Source of the DNA: Chiloscyllium plagiosum
Lineage: Eukaryota
DNA length: 20,000 bases
Assembly (NCBI RefSeq): GCF_004010195.1
Contig: NC_057749.1
Span: 9,573,443-9,593,442 of the forward strand
Direction of reading: 5' to 3'
Shown: positions 9,305 through 19,171 of the stretch, piece by piece
Layout of the letters: each line of letters opens with the position of its first letter
Numbering within the stretch: position 1 is the first letter of the stretch
Notes under the pieces: model-generated
What the model was told of the DNA's origin: nothing
Database searches by the model: none
Seen by the model: only the letters and a program-made list of their open reading frames with translations
Program-made: the position numbers and the translations under genes

Positions 9305-9785
9305 TGTCGGCTCAACCAGTGGCACTCCCACCTCTCAGTCACAAGGCTCCAGGTTCAAGTCCTGCTCCTGGGCTTGAGTGCAAACATCAAGGCCAGTGCT
9401 CCAGTGCAGTTGCAAAGAGGGAGTGCCATATTGTTGGAGATGCTGCCCATAGGTGAGAGATTAAACTGAGGCTCTGTTGGACTGTTTAGGTGGTTGTAAA
9501 AGATTCCGTGACACTATTCTGAAGAAAAAGGTGGTAGTCTCCTCTGTGTCCTGGCCAATACATGACACACAATATACCTACAACTACCACAACCAGCACC
9601 TGAGCTACAAAATCTTTACGCATACTTTGGCCAATATATATCCCTGAATCACCATCGCAAACACAGATCTTCACATCACTGTTTGTGGGAGCTCACTGTG
9701 TGCAACAACAGTGATCTCACTTCAAAAGTACTGCATTGGCTACAAGTGCTTTAAGATGGTGGTGACCGTGTTAAATGCAAGAAGA
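9305..9785 (+). mobile_element. Deu-domain tRNA-headed SINE (SacSINE-like)
   Basis: B box ggttcaagtcc (9352-9362), Deu-like block ctccagtgcagt...gagggagtgcc, 3' tgtgggag...cacttcaaaagta. Confidence 0.75.
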
Positions 9786-9943
9786 TTAAGAAGGTTTTCT
9801 TTGGAAACAATATTCCCTTAAACATAACGAATATCTGCTCTTATTAAATTTTACCTCTTCATCCAAGGTTTCGGTCACCGGTCCTAATATCTCCTATTTT
9901 GACTCAATGTTAAATTTTGTACGATCGCACTCCCGTGAAGAGC

Positions 9944-10266
9944 GGGACGGTACGGTGGCTCAGTGGTTAGCACAGCTGCCTCACAGCACCAGGGACCTGA
10001 GTTCAATTCCCGCCTGTCTGTGTGGAGTTTGCACATTCTCCCCGTGTCTGCGTGGGTTTCCTCCGGGTGTTCCAGTTTCCTGCCACACTCCAAAGATGTG
10101 CAGATTAGGTGAATTGGCCCATGTTAAATTGCCCATGGTGTTAGGTGCGTTAGTCAGAGGTAAATATAGGGTAGGGGAATGAGTTTGGGTGGGTTACTCT
10201 TCAGAAAGGCGGTGTGGACTTGTTGGGCCGAAGGGCCTGTTTCTACACTGTAGAGAATCTAATCTA
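9944..10266 (+). mobile_element. HE1-type tRNA-derived SINE, full length
   Basis: A box tggctcagtgg, B box gagttcaattccc, core tgtgtggagtttgcacattctccccgtgtctgcgtgggtttcc, LINE-derived tail and (aatct)n. Confidence 0.92.
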
Positions 10267-10614
10267 ACCGAAAGGGCCTTTTTACTGGCTTTCAATATAA
10301 ATGCAAGTTGTTACTGTTGTTTAGTACTTCCTTATTAATGTCTTTTTTAAAAATCTGGACATTTATGTCCCTCTTCAAATCTGGAATAGATTATATGACG
10401 TGGTCGAGCAATGTGCCATTTTTCATTATCTGAGGAGATGTGGGAAGCATTCTGAATAGCACAGCATTCATCCTTATCCTCCTCTTAGCATTTGAGCTGG
10501 GCCTGGCTGGTCATGCAATTCTCCACAACCTCTCCTCTCAGTTCTGAGAACATGGGACTTTCTTCATCTGGTATTATTTCAACTAATCCAGACTCCAACA
10601 ACAAATGCTCTTCT

Positions 10615-10800
10615 TAGTGAATCAGCTGGGTTTTCCACCAACAATGGAGTCATGGTTATCATTCGACTCTTAATTCGGGATATTTATTGAATTCAAATTC
10701 CACCATCTGGCATGGTGAGATTTGAATCTGGCTCCCAAGACATTACCTGGGTTTCTGGATTAACAGACCAGTGATAATACCACCAGGCCATCACTTCCCC
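10615..10800 (-). mobile_element. tRNA-headed SINE 5' half
   Basis: Minus strand tggcctggtggtattatcactgg (A box) ... gattcaaatctc (B-box-like); body overlaps 3115-3165. Confidence 0.65.
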
Positions 10801-10867
10801 TTTACAGCTTATGTTCATTTAAGGGTGATCTCAATAATCAATTGAGATAGAAAGGAATTGGACCTAC

Positions 10868-10951
10868 TGAAAGATGCGTTGAAGTCGTGCAATACTCAAA
10901 CCAAGCCGTGACTATATAATCTCCTTTCTCTTCATTTTTGAGCCTCTCATA
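10868..10951 (-). CDS. Candidate exon, 84 nt, phase 0-0: YERLKNEEKGDYIVTAWFEYCTTSTHLS
   Basis: Strong acceptor tgttttcctttag, donor TCA|GTAGGT; only phase 0 is open; AxxEYxxxxTHxSF resembles PGAP2 AxxEYxxxxTNxAF (recalled). Confidence 0.65.
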
Positions 10952-11303
10952 CTAAAGGAAAACATGCTGAGTTCCTCTTCTGACTGATGTTTTGATATCA
11001 CTATACAAAGACTTCGGTGGTTCCTCTAGACAGTGGGGGCATGAAGTGTTTTATGAGTGGTTTAGTAACTGCAGCTTCCTTGGCTAAACTTTGACATGTT
11101 TGATGACAAAGAAACAAGAGCACTGTGTGTTAAAAACCCTTGTTCACCAGTTTGCCTGTATCCCACAAAGGGGCTGTGTCTGAGCAACTAGAACAATGTG
11201 CATTTCTGTCGTGATTTCGAAAGAATATATTGGCTTTGGAGGGAGTACAAATTAGGATGACCAAAATGATTCCTGGACTTCAGGAGTTATGTGAGGAGAT
11301 TGT

Positions 11304-11603
11304 GGGCGGCACGGTGGCACAGTGGTTAGCACTGCTGCCTCACAGTGCCAGAGACCCGGGTTCAATTCCCGCCTCAGGCGACTGACTGTGTGGAGTTTGC
11401 ATGTTCTCCCCGTGTCTGCGTGGGTTTCCTCCGGGTGCTCCGGTTTCCTCCCACAGTCACAAAGATGTGCAGGTCATGTTAAATTGCCCGTAGTGTTAGA
11501 TAAGGGGTAAATGTAGGAGTATGGGTGGGTTATGCTTCGGCGGGTCGGTGTGGACTTGTTGGGCCGAAGGGCCTGTTTCCACACTGTAATGTAATCTAAT
11601 CTA
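11304..11603 (+). mobile_element. HE1-type SINE, young, nested in CR1; TSD attgt
   Basis: gggcggcacggtggcacagtggttagc...ggttcaattccc; CpG-rich; attgt at 11299-11303 and 11604-11608. Confidence 0.92.
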
Positions 11604-11705
11604 ATTGTACAAATTAGGCCGGTTTTCTCTGGAAATTACACGGTTAAGGAGGTGATCTGATTGACATCTTCAAGATAGTAACAGGAAAAGACAGTGTAGA
11701 TAAAG

Positions 11706-11800
11706 TTACAAAAACAGAAATTACTGGAAAAACTCAGTACATCCAGCAGCATCTGTGTAGAGAAAGCAGAGTTAACATTTTGGGTTCAGTAAATCTTCAC
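11706..11800 (-). mobile_element. PLE terminal-repeat insert truncated within the hammerhead core
   Basis: Matches 5045-5140; flanked by ataaag (11700-11705 / 11801-11806); CR1 sequence resumes on both sides. Confidence 0.75.
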
Positions 11801-12609
11801 ATAAAGAAAAACTATTTCCACTGGTTCGAGATTCAAGAACTAGGGGCATAGTTTAAGAACGAGGGCCAGACCATTCAGGAGACATATTCAGAAGCTCAGA
11901 ACTGTCTTCCACAAACAGCAGTGGATGCAGGACTTTAAATCTGAGATAGGTAGCAAGCCTGAGGGGCTGAATGACCTGTACCTATGACTTTCACCGAATG
12001 GAAAAGCTCAAGCTATTTCACAGGAGATACATTGCATAGATATTTGACAGCCAGCTGTTCACTGCAATGTCAGGAGAGTTCATCTAAAGCACGTAACAGT
12101 TAATGTAAGATTTCGTGCAGTGGAGTATCTGATCTAAGCTCCCACAAATAACAATCTGGTAATTATTGCAAACAGTAAAGGTTCTAAAACAGAGGTTAAT
12201 GTTGAAGCTGCATTAAGTGCCACTTGCTCTAATGTCTCACAGTCCAGGGTGGAGAATTGAGCAGTCCAGTCAAGGAGGAGTCCCATAGGGTATCATGATG
12301 GAAACAGACAGATCTTTCTGGCTTGTCAGAGTAACAGGTACCTATATTTATCATATGTTACATGTTATGTATAGACTCATGAGTGGCCTATCACTGCTAA
12401 TTAAATAGGTCATCAGACAACATAAAAGTGGTAGCGATCCTACCTCTGTCAGGAGGTTTAAGTCTAATCTGTTCCAGAGGTGTGCCATATCTGAGCAAGT
12501 CGATTAAAAACAAAATCCAGAAAGGATTGATGTGCCCTTATGTGCAGTCACAATGTCCCTACCTTTGATGCAAAAGACCCAAGTTCAAGTCCCACCTGTT
12601 CCACATCTA

Positions 12610-12865
12610 GCATCACAGAATCCCTACAGTGCAGAAAGTGGTCATTTGGCCCATCGAGTCTGCACCAACCCTATGAAGAGCATCCCACCTCTGTAACCTT
12701 GCATTTCCCCTGGCTAACCCACCTAGGCCTGCACATCCTTGGATAAAATGGGCAATTTAGGTGGATAGGCTATGCTAAACTGCACATCTTTGGGTTGTGG
12801 GAGGAAACCAGAGCACCCAGAGGTAATCTGCACAAACACGAGGAAAACGTGCAAACTCCATACCC
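12610..12865 (-). mobile_element. HE1-like SINE, 5'-truncated
   Basis: Reverse complement resembles 14075-14335. Confidence 0.8.
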
Positions 12866-12974
12866 GAACAGGTTGATTAAAAGTTCCTAAAAAAGGAGGA
12901 TTGGTTGTGGTACTCAAACTTAATCACAAGCCACCAGGGGTTGGTGCCCCAACATACAATAAGAATAACTAGAC

Positions 12975-13305
12975 CGCCCATTTTTAGTGATGTTTAAGGG
13001 ATAGACATTGACCTACACAAGAGGGAGAATTCCCCTGTTCCTCTTTGAAATGATGCTATTGGATATTTTGCACCCATCTGAAAACAGAGGAACAGCAGTA
13101 GGCCATTCAGCCCCTCCAGCCTGTTCCACCATTCAATGAGATCATAGCCGATCTGTGGCCTAACTCCATGGCCTTTGGCTAATATCTCTTGCTTACCAAT
13201 AATTTGTCAATCTCAGGTTTAAAATCAAAATTAACAACATGAAAACTGAGGGGGTCTCAGTTCAACATCTGATCTGAGAGATGGCACCTACAACAGTGCA
13301 GCAAT
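12975..13305 (-). mobile_element. Deu-domain SINE fragment interrupted by a CR1 3' tail (about 13085-13230, - strand)
   Basis: tctcagttcaacatct...acaacagtgcagca Deu block; gtaggccattcagcccctccagcctgttccaccattcaat CR1 tail. Confidence 0.6.
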
Positions 13306-13874
13306 TACAGGTCTAAGAATGGGAACTCGGTTGATCATTCCTACTTCTTCATCAAGAAGAAGTGAAGCAAATTGAAGAGCACAGGATGAAATGCGTTCAA
13401 GGATACAGTTTCCTTCAGTTCAGCAAAAGCCCAGGACCACCCAACCAAGAGCAACGGCTGTCAAAACTACCCAAGGAGATGGATAACAGATGGTATTGAG
13501 GGATCACTGCAGCTGCTGTTGTTCAAATGAGTTTAATGTGGCCCACAAGACCTTCACAAAGAACAAATGTTGAGGATAAACTGTTTGGCCAAAATTGTAG
13601 AGAATTTTATCTGCAGTTGATTTTAATCCATTGCACAGCAGAAAACATAGGCAAGAATGTTCTAGGTTTGGAATGAATGAATCTTAATTCTTGATTATTA
13701 CCCGAACTCATTAGGGAAGTTTGTCAAACTCTAAGGAGGATTGTATCCTGTTAAAACCTGAATGGTGAAAGAATTGAATGTATTATGGAATGTTGTTTGT
13801 TCTCTAGTTTTCCTGCTGATTTGTGCCAGGGATTGGACTTATGGGCTTCAGCCAGTGTCTCATTTAAGAGATCA

Positions 13875-14003
13875 TCCATAGAGCCTTCGAGTGAAACAAC
13901 ATGGAAACAGACCCTTCTGTCCAAATAGTCCATGCCGACCATGTTCCCAAATGATACTAGTCCCAGTTGTCTGCGTTTGGCCCATATCCCTTCCAAATCC
14001 TCT
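13875..14003 (-). mobile_element. HER1/CR1 3' end
   Basis: Similar to 19175-19290. Confidence 0.8.
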
Positions 14004-14018
14004 GATGCTTCCCCCAAA

Positions 14019-14335
14019 GATGGCACAGTGGTTAGTGCTGCTGCTTCAGATTGCCAGGGTCCTGAGCAACTGACTGTGTGGAGTTTGCACATTCTCCCTG
14101 CGTCCATGTGGGTTTCCTCCGATTTTTCCAGTTTCCTCCCACTATCCAAAGATGTGTAGGTTAGGTGGATTGCCATGCTAAATTGCCCATAGTGTCCAGG
14201 ATTGTGCAGGCTAGGTGAATTAGCCATGGGAAATATGGAGTTACAGGGATTGTGTAGGGGTGGTGGGTCTGGGTGGTTCGGTGCGGACTCGATGGGCTGA
14301 ATGGTCTACTTCCACACTGTAGGGATTCTGATTCT
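14019..14335 (+). mobile_element. HE1-like SINE, B box deleted
   Basis: tggcacagtggttagtgctgctg, HE1 core, tail ccacactgtagggattctgattcta. Confidence 0.85.
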
Positions 14336-14493
14336 ACGAGACCAGCTTTCACTCATTAGGACAAGTGATGAATTTAAGCGGAGTATTTAACACATGAACT
14401 TCAGAGCCACACTTTCACGTCGTTCCAGAGGATTATCCCTCAGCAACAAGGTGCTCTGGATCATTTACTTTTAATCTCTCACCTGATTTACAC

Positions 14494-14597
14494 CAATTCC
14501 AGCCCGAACTGTTGAGGTCTGTCAAGTTGGCACCATCCACTCTCAAGAGCGGCAAAACACAGGACAGAGTAGGACATAAAAATCCAAAGCATAAAGG
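14494..14597 (-). CDS. Candidate exon, phase 1-0: (S)FMLWIFMSYSVLCFAALESGWCQLDRPQQFGLEL (TM segment)
   Basis: Strong acceptor gtatgttcctcttttag; needs the weak donor TTG|GTGTAA to join 10951 in frame; the joined FGLELYERL resembles DRAM2 FGTDLEQKL (recalled). The 3' boundary is uncertain (alternative donor at 14482). Confidence 0.55.
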
Positions 14598-15169
14598 CTA
14601 AAAGAGGAACATACACAAGCCTCGAGATTTCCCTGGATGATGTTAGTGGATGATTGCCTTGTGAATTTATACAGACCTCTTCACTTGGCAATATTAGTGA
14701 AGACAGCTGTTAATGGCATTGAGAAGCATGTCACAAGAGCGTACTAAATGTTTGCTCATATTGTCAACGGCTATTTCTGAACTATTTAGAGAAATCAATT
14801 GTGAATTTTGTCTTGATTCTCTGCACACACAATGTCCATCTACAAATCTGCTACCCAGTGCTAAGTGCTTTTGAGAAGCAAACGTTCAACAAATTCTTGG
14901 GATGCCATCGGAAATGAGTATCGCTGCTTCCATTATGAATTGGGCATGGCACATGCCACAGATGGAGACTATATTCCTGTTGTAGGAACCTGATGTTAAT
15001 CTACTGGTTGCTGGGTGATGGGAGCCTTATCTACAACCTGTAAAGAACTTGGTGTTCCAAAATGCTTTGTTGTGTCACTGATTTGTGCTGATGTGGAAAG
15101 CAAGGCAGTCAATACCTTCCCACACATAGCAAAGAAATAAAGGTCAGATCACCTATTATGTTACTTGAA

Positions 15170-15345
15170 GGCTAAATGTTAGTCAGAACACCAGGCAAAC
15201 TCTCCTGTACTTCTTGAACACAGACAGGGTCTCAGTTTAACATCTCAGCTGAGAGTCAGCATCTCTGGCAATAAGAAAGGTGCTATGTAAATGCAAATCT
15301 CTGGCAGTGCAGTGCTGCAGTGAAGGGTCAAGTTTCTGGAGCGGC
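15170..15345 (-). mobile_element. Deu-domain SINE fragments
   Basis: cagacagggtctcagtttaacatctcagctgagag similar to 13245-13285. Confidence 0.55.
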
Positions 15346-15519
15346 ATGAACAATGATATTATCTGAACAAACCAGCGCAGGCATGATGGGCCAAATGGCC
15401 TCTTTCTACATCATAACAATTCCACCATTCAGATCATTTTGAAATCAGAGGCTGACATCCAAATGACATACTTTTTAAACTTGATGTCTAATTCAGCTCA
15501 CACCTCAACTGTGAGTCAC

Positions 15520-15818
15520 TGCGTAAGGATAAAGGGTAAACCTTTTAGGAATGAGATGAGGAGAAATTTCTTCTCCCAGGGAGTGGTGAGCCTCTGGAAT
15601 TCACTCCCACAGAAAGCGGTCAAGGCCAAAACATTATATATTTTCAAGAAAGAGGTAGATATAGCTCTTGTGGCTCAATGGAGCAACAGATATGAGGGGG
15701 AGGGTGGTATTAGGCTATTGAGCTTGATGATCAGCCACGATTATATTGAATGACAGATTTGACGTGGGCCACATGGCCTACTCCTGCTCCTACCTTCAAT
15801 ATTTCTATGTTTCTATGA
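15520..15818 (+). mobile_element. CR1 LINE 3' fragment
   Basis: RIKGKPFRNEMRRNFFSQGVVSLWNSLPQKAV; tail (tttctatg)n. Confidence 0.9.
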
Positions 15819-15984
15819 TACAATTATGGAAATGAGAAAATCTGAAGACACCATTCCTTTTAAACAGATACCATTCAGTGAAAGCTGCATGAGAGTATCT
15901 GACAGGTTGCCTTTTAGCTCTTGTGTCTGTTTTCATGCTGTGTATCTCCACGACTCTATGACCCTTCTTCATCAGCAATCATAC

Positions 15985-16036
15985 ATTGTCCATTGTACAA
16001 TGAGGATAACAAAAGAATGGGAGAAATGCAAAGTAT
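15985..16036 (-). CDS. Candidate exon, 52 nt, phase 0-1: ILCISPILLLSSLYNGQ
   Basis: Acceptor tttctttctcggtgtgtctattttag, donor AAT|GTATGA; phase fits the next exon; all three frames are open. Confidence 0.45.
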
Positions 16037-16106
16037 CTAAAATAGACACACCGAGAAAGAAAAATAAGGTTATGGGACAAGGATATGAGACTTGATAAAT
16101 TCATAC

Positions 16107-16163
16107 GTAAAGTTTGAAAGAGGAAGAACACATTGAATGGAAAAAGAGGCAAGAATTGAAGAA
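16107..16163 (-). CDS. Candidate exon, 57 nt, phase 0-0: FFNSCLFFHSMCSSSFKLY
   Basis: Acceptor tgtctgcttccctccag, donor TAC|GTATGA; would supply the family's conserved His; implies a short 70-nt intron. Confidence 0.35.
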
Positions 16164-16629
16164 CTGGAGGGAAGCAGACAGTTAACAGAAAGGAGAATAG
16201 TTTCTTTGTTGTTCCCAGCACAGAAAGAGACATGTGTATTAAACGAGTATAAGACAAAACTGAAAAGGTGCAGGCTAAAGGGAAAGGTGCTGATCCTGAT
16301 TAGGCTGTAAAAAGGGCTAGGATTTATAAGATATAATGGCTCCAGAGGAATTAATGTTAGAGAAATATATTTGACATTCAGCCTGAAGGTTTTCACCCCT
16401 GCAAGTAATTATTATATAAGCAATAGCATTTTATAATGGTATATAATTACTTTAAAGCATATTGTATTATTCACTGGCCCGACGGCAAAGGAACAATCAA
16501 TAAATAACAAGTCATGAAAATTTTCCACTCATTTGGAATAATATTTGATTTCATGGTATTCTGATGAAATTACTAGATTGGTTTGTTGTATTAGGCTATT
16601 GGATCTTTCACGACTAATGACGATCATTG

Positions 16630-17030
16630 GCACTAGGTCCTTGATATTCAAGACTTACTCCAGAGACTTGAGGACATAATCCAAGCTGACCTGTTGCCCC
16701 ACTGAGGGAGGTTATTTTGGTGATGATAAACTAAGGCCCTGTCTGCTTTCTTAGATCAACGTAAAAAATCCCATGATGACATTTCTGAGAGGAACAAGGG
16801 AGCTCTCCCATTCTCCCTATCCCAATCAAAATTAATCCCTTGACCAAACACACAACAAAAAAATCCCAAGACTATTGTTGCTTTACTGTTTGTTGGGATC
16901 CTGCTGTTCACAAATTGCCATTGCTTTTCCTACACAACAGCAGTGGCCACCCTGCTAAGTTAATGAACTGATTGTAAAGTGCTGGGGATGCCCCGAAGTC
17001 AAGAAAGGTGCCATATAAATGACAATCTTT
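16630..17030 (+). mobile_element. Deu-domain SINE (SacSINE-like), degenerate
   Basis: ccagagacttgag...actgagggag...ggccctgtctgc...tgggatcctgctg...gtgccatataaatg. Confidence 0.7.
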
Positions 17031-17242
17031 TTCGACTGCCAAGGTTTTGATGAAAAATATGGATTAAGTCATGGAATGTAATTTCAGGAAATTTACATGT
17101 ATTCTCACGATTCTGTTCTGTGACAGAATATGATTTGTTTGGTCACCAAACCAAATGCCTGACTTGTTAATGGATGAAAACTTGAAGAGGAACTCCAAAA
17201 TCTCAGCAAGTATAATAGGAACCATTTGGTGAGTGCAGTGAT

Positions 17243-17459
17243 TGAAACCATGTGGACCTTGTTGAGTATAAGGTCATTGATTGGGGTTTTTAACCTCGGC
17301 TAACCAGAGAGGCCTGGCTGACCAATATTAACAGGGGCTTCAGAATCTCCCCAGATCAGGGGACTGACTCTGAACTGGCTGGCCACAGCCGATGGACTGT
17401 ACACAAGTAAATAAAGGATGGCTTGGTGATGGGATACTGGCCTCTGTACAGTTATTTCA
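17243..17459 (+). mobile_element. Probable solo LTR, 217 bp
   Basis: TGAAA...TTTCA inverted termini, flanks gtgat/gtgag, TATA-like aatattaa about 17324, AATAAA about 17410. Confidence 0.6.
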
Positions 17460-17749
17460 GTGAGCAAAGACTAAGCTCCGTCTAGCATCCTGCTGGCTGC
17501 ATAATAATGTGCACAATTGGCCTTGCATTAAATATTCTAATTTCTAACTCCTGGTTCAAACTTTGCATGTCCCAGGAAACAATCTTCAATCCAATTAATT
17601 CGCACGGTTGGTTATCTTGTTGTATGATTCTATGCAATACCCTGCACGGTAGATTTCAAAGCACTGCACCTGACATTGTAAAAGATAGCTGAAAGTAACT
17701 CGATGAGTGACTCACTCCCTCACTTTGTAAAATCTGACCACCATCTTCC

Positions 17750-18280
17750 AGACACAGGTCAGGAGTTTGTGGGATACTCTCCATTTACCTGAATGTGTGC
17801 AGCTCCAACATCAAGTAACTCAACACCATCCGAAACAAAGTAGCTTGCTTCATTGGTGCCATCCATCATCTTAAACATTCACTCTTTCCGCTTCTAATGC
17901 ACACTGTCTGCAGTGTGTACCATTTACAAGCTACGCTGCAGGAACTCAGCAAGCTTCCTTCATTAACATTCTCCAAACTTGCGACCTCTACCACCTAAAA
18001 GGACAAGGTGCATGGGAGCACCATCACCTGCATGTCCTTATCCAAGCCACACACCATCCTGGATCTAGGAGCTACATTATCGTTCCTTCACTGTCACTGG
18101 ATCAGAATCCTTGAATCCCTTCCTAATTGAACTGAATTGAATTGTATGTTGTTGGTCCTACATCTGATGGACAGCAGCAGTTCAAGAAAGCAACTCATTA
18201 CCGTCTTCTCCAGGGCAATTAGGGATGGAAAACAAATGTCACCAAGCCACTGATGCCCATATCTTATGAATAAATAAAAG
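17750..18280 (+). mobile_element. Old LINE (CR1/L2 group) ORF2 C-terminus and 3' tail, degenerate
   Basis: Degenerate QVRS..YSP...AAPT...LNTI.NK.A..IG reading; tail ggcaattagggatgg...atgaataaataaaa. Confidence 0.7.
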
Positions 18281-18973
18281 AAAAGCCATTGTAGGAAGTC
18301 TGGATAAATTTATTCATCACTAACTACAAAATCAGTGCTGTGATATTGAGAAGACTGAAATTCCTGGCACTAGTTATATCTTTGGCTAAGCTATTCCAAT
18401 GCTTAGATGTCTCAAACTGGGAGGATGCTCTTTAAATGAAAGAAAATGGCCCACACTACCACTATTGTTGAACACATTCCAGACATTCGCCTTGACCTTT
18501 CACCTTTGAGCATCTCAAATGGCAGTAAAATTCTGAGATATTGCCATCACATTTGCAAGTATTTACAATCGGCCCCACCCTTGCTTCACTCTGTCGTCCA
18601 TTTTCTGCATCTTTAAAAATCCGTTCTAACCTACAAGTAATTCAGGAAATTACTTTAGGATTTGTGGAGCTAGATTTGACAGGCATTCTTAATAAAATGT
18701 TAAAAAGTAAGTCATATTTCTGAAGCCAATCACCAACAATGGAACAATGAACTCCTGGTCTCCCGGGGAAAAAAAGTTCCTTGTAATTTACATCTGTTAC
18801 TTATTCATAAGATTTCAAAAGGAAGCCATCTATGGAACATTAACTTGCAAAGAATTATAATTAAAAATACCTTTATTTAGTTCTCAGAAGAATCTCTTCA
18901 ATATTTGCAACTCATTAAATAAAATGCTCCCTTTACTGCTTCCTGTATTTTTGTCCATTGAACTCAAGCCTCA

Positions 18974-19170
18974 GGTGGCTCAGTGGTTAGCACTGCCGCC
19001 TCACAGCACCAGGGTCCCAGGTTCGATTCCAGCCTCGGATGACTGTCTGTGTGGGGTTTGCATGTTCTCCCCGTGTCTGCGTGGGTTTGCTCCGGTTTCC
19101 TCCCACAGCACACAAAAATGTGCAGGCCAGGTGAATTGGCCACGCTAAATTGCCCACAGTGCTAGGTACA
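18974..19170 (+). mobile_element. HE1-type SINE 5' part, cut off by the LINE
   Basis: A box tggctcagtgg, B box ggttcgattcc, HE1 core. Confidence 0.88.
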
Positions 19171-19171
19171 T

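Larger units (their letters stand above)
11225..11990 (+). mobile_element. Degenerate CR1 3' fragment hosting two nested inserts
   Basis: ALEGVQIRMTKMIPGLQ..., GDLIDIFKI, LFPLV..SRTRGHSLR motifs. Confidence 0.8.

Noticed and set aside
9854..9892. Possible minus exon EILGPVTETLDEE
   Set aside because: No polypyrimidine tract, and it would split the predicted last TM helix.
9944..10015. tRNA-like A/B boxes (also 11304, 18974)
   Set aside because: SINE heads continuous with SINE bodies; no complete cloverleaf.
12241..13460. Possible minus exons near 12241-12341 and 13345-13457
   Set aside because: Weak acceptors or incompatible phase; no family resemblance.
9884..14352. Recurrent ORFs such as VWSLHVLPVSAWVSSGCSGF and GRKLEHPEETHADTGRMCKLH
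   Set aside because: Translations of HE1 SINE cores, not genes.
14483..14597. Selenoprotein reading: the third frame with the strong donor joins exon 10951 in phase and contains only TGA stops (CRSU...PTU)
   Set aside because: No SECIS-like element recognised, TGA is common in CpG-decayed DNA, and another frame gives the DRAM-like match.
16475..18629. Possible upstream minus exons near 16475-16560, 17550-17642 and 18568-18629 (LERIFKDAENGRQSEARVGPI)
   Set aside because: Could not be chained with consistent phases and splice sites; left unresolved.
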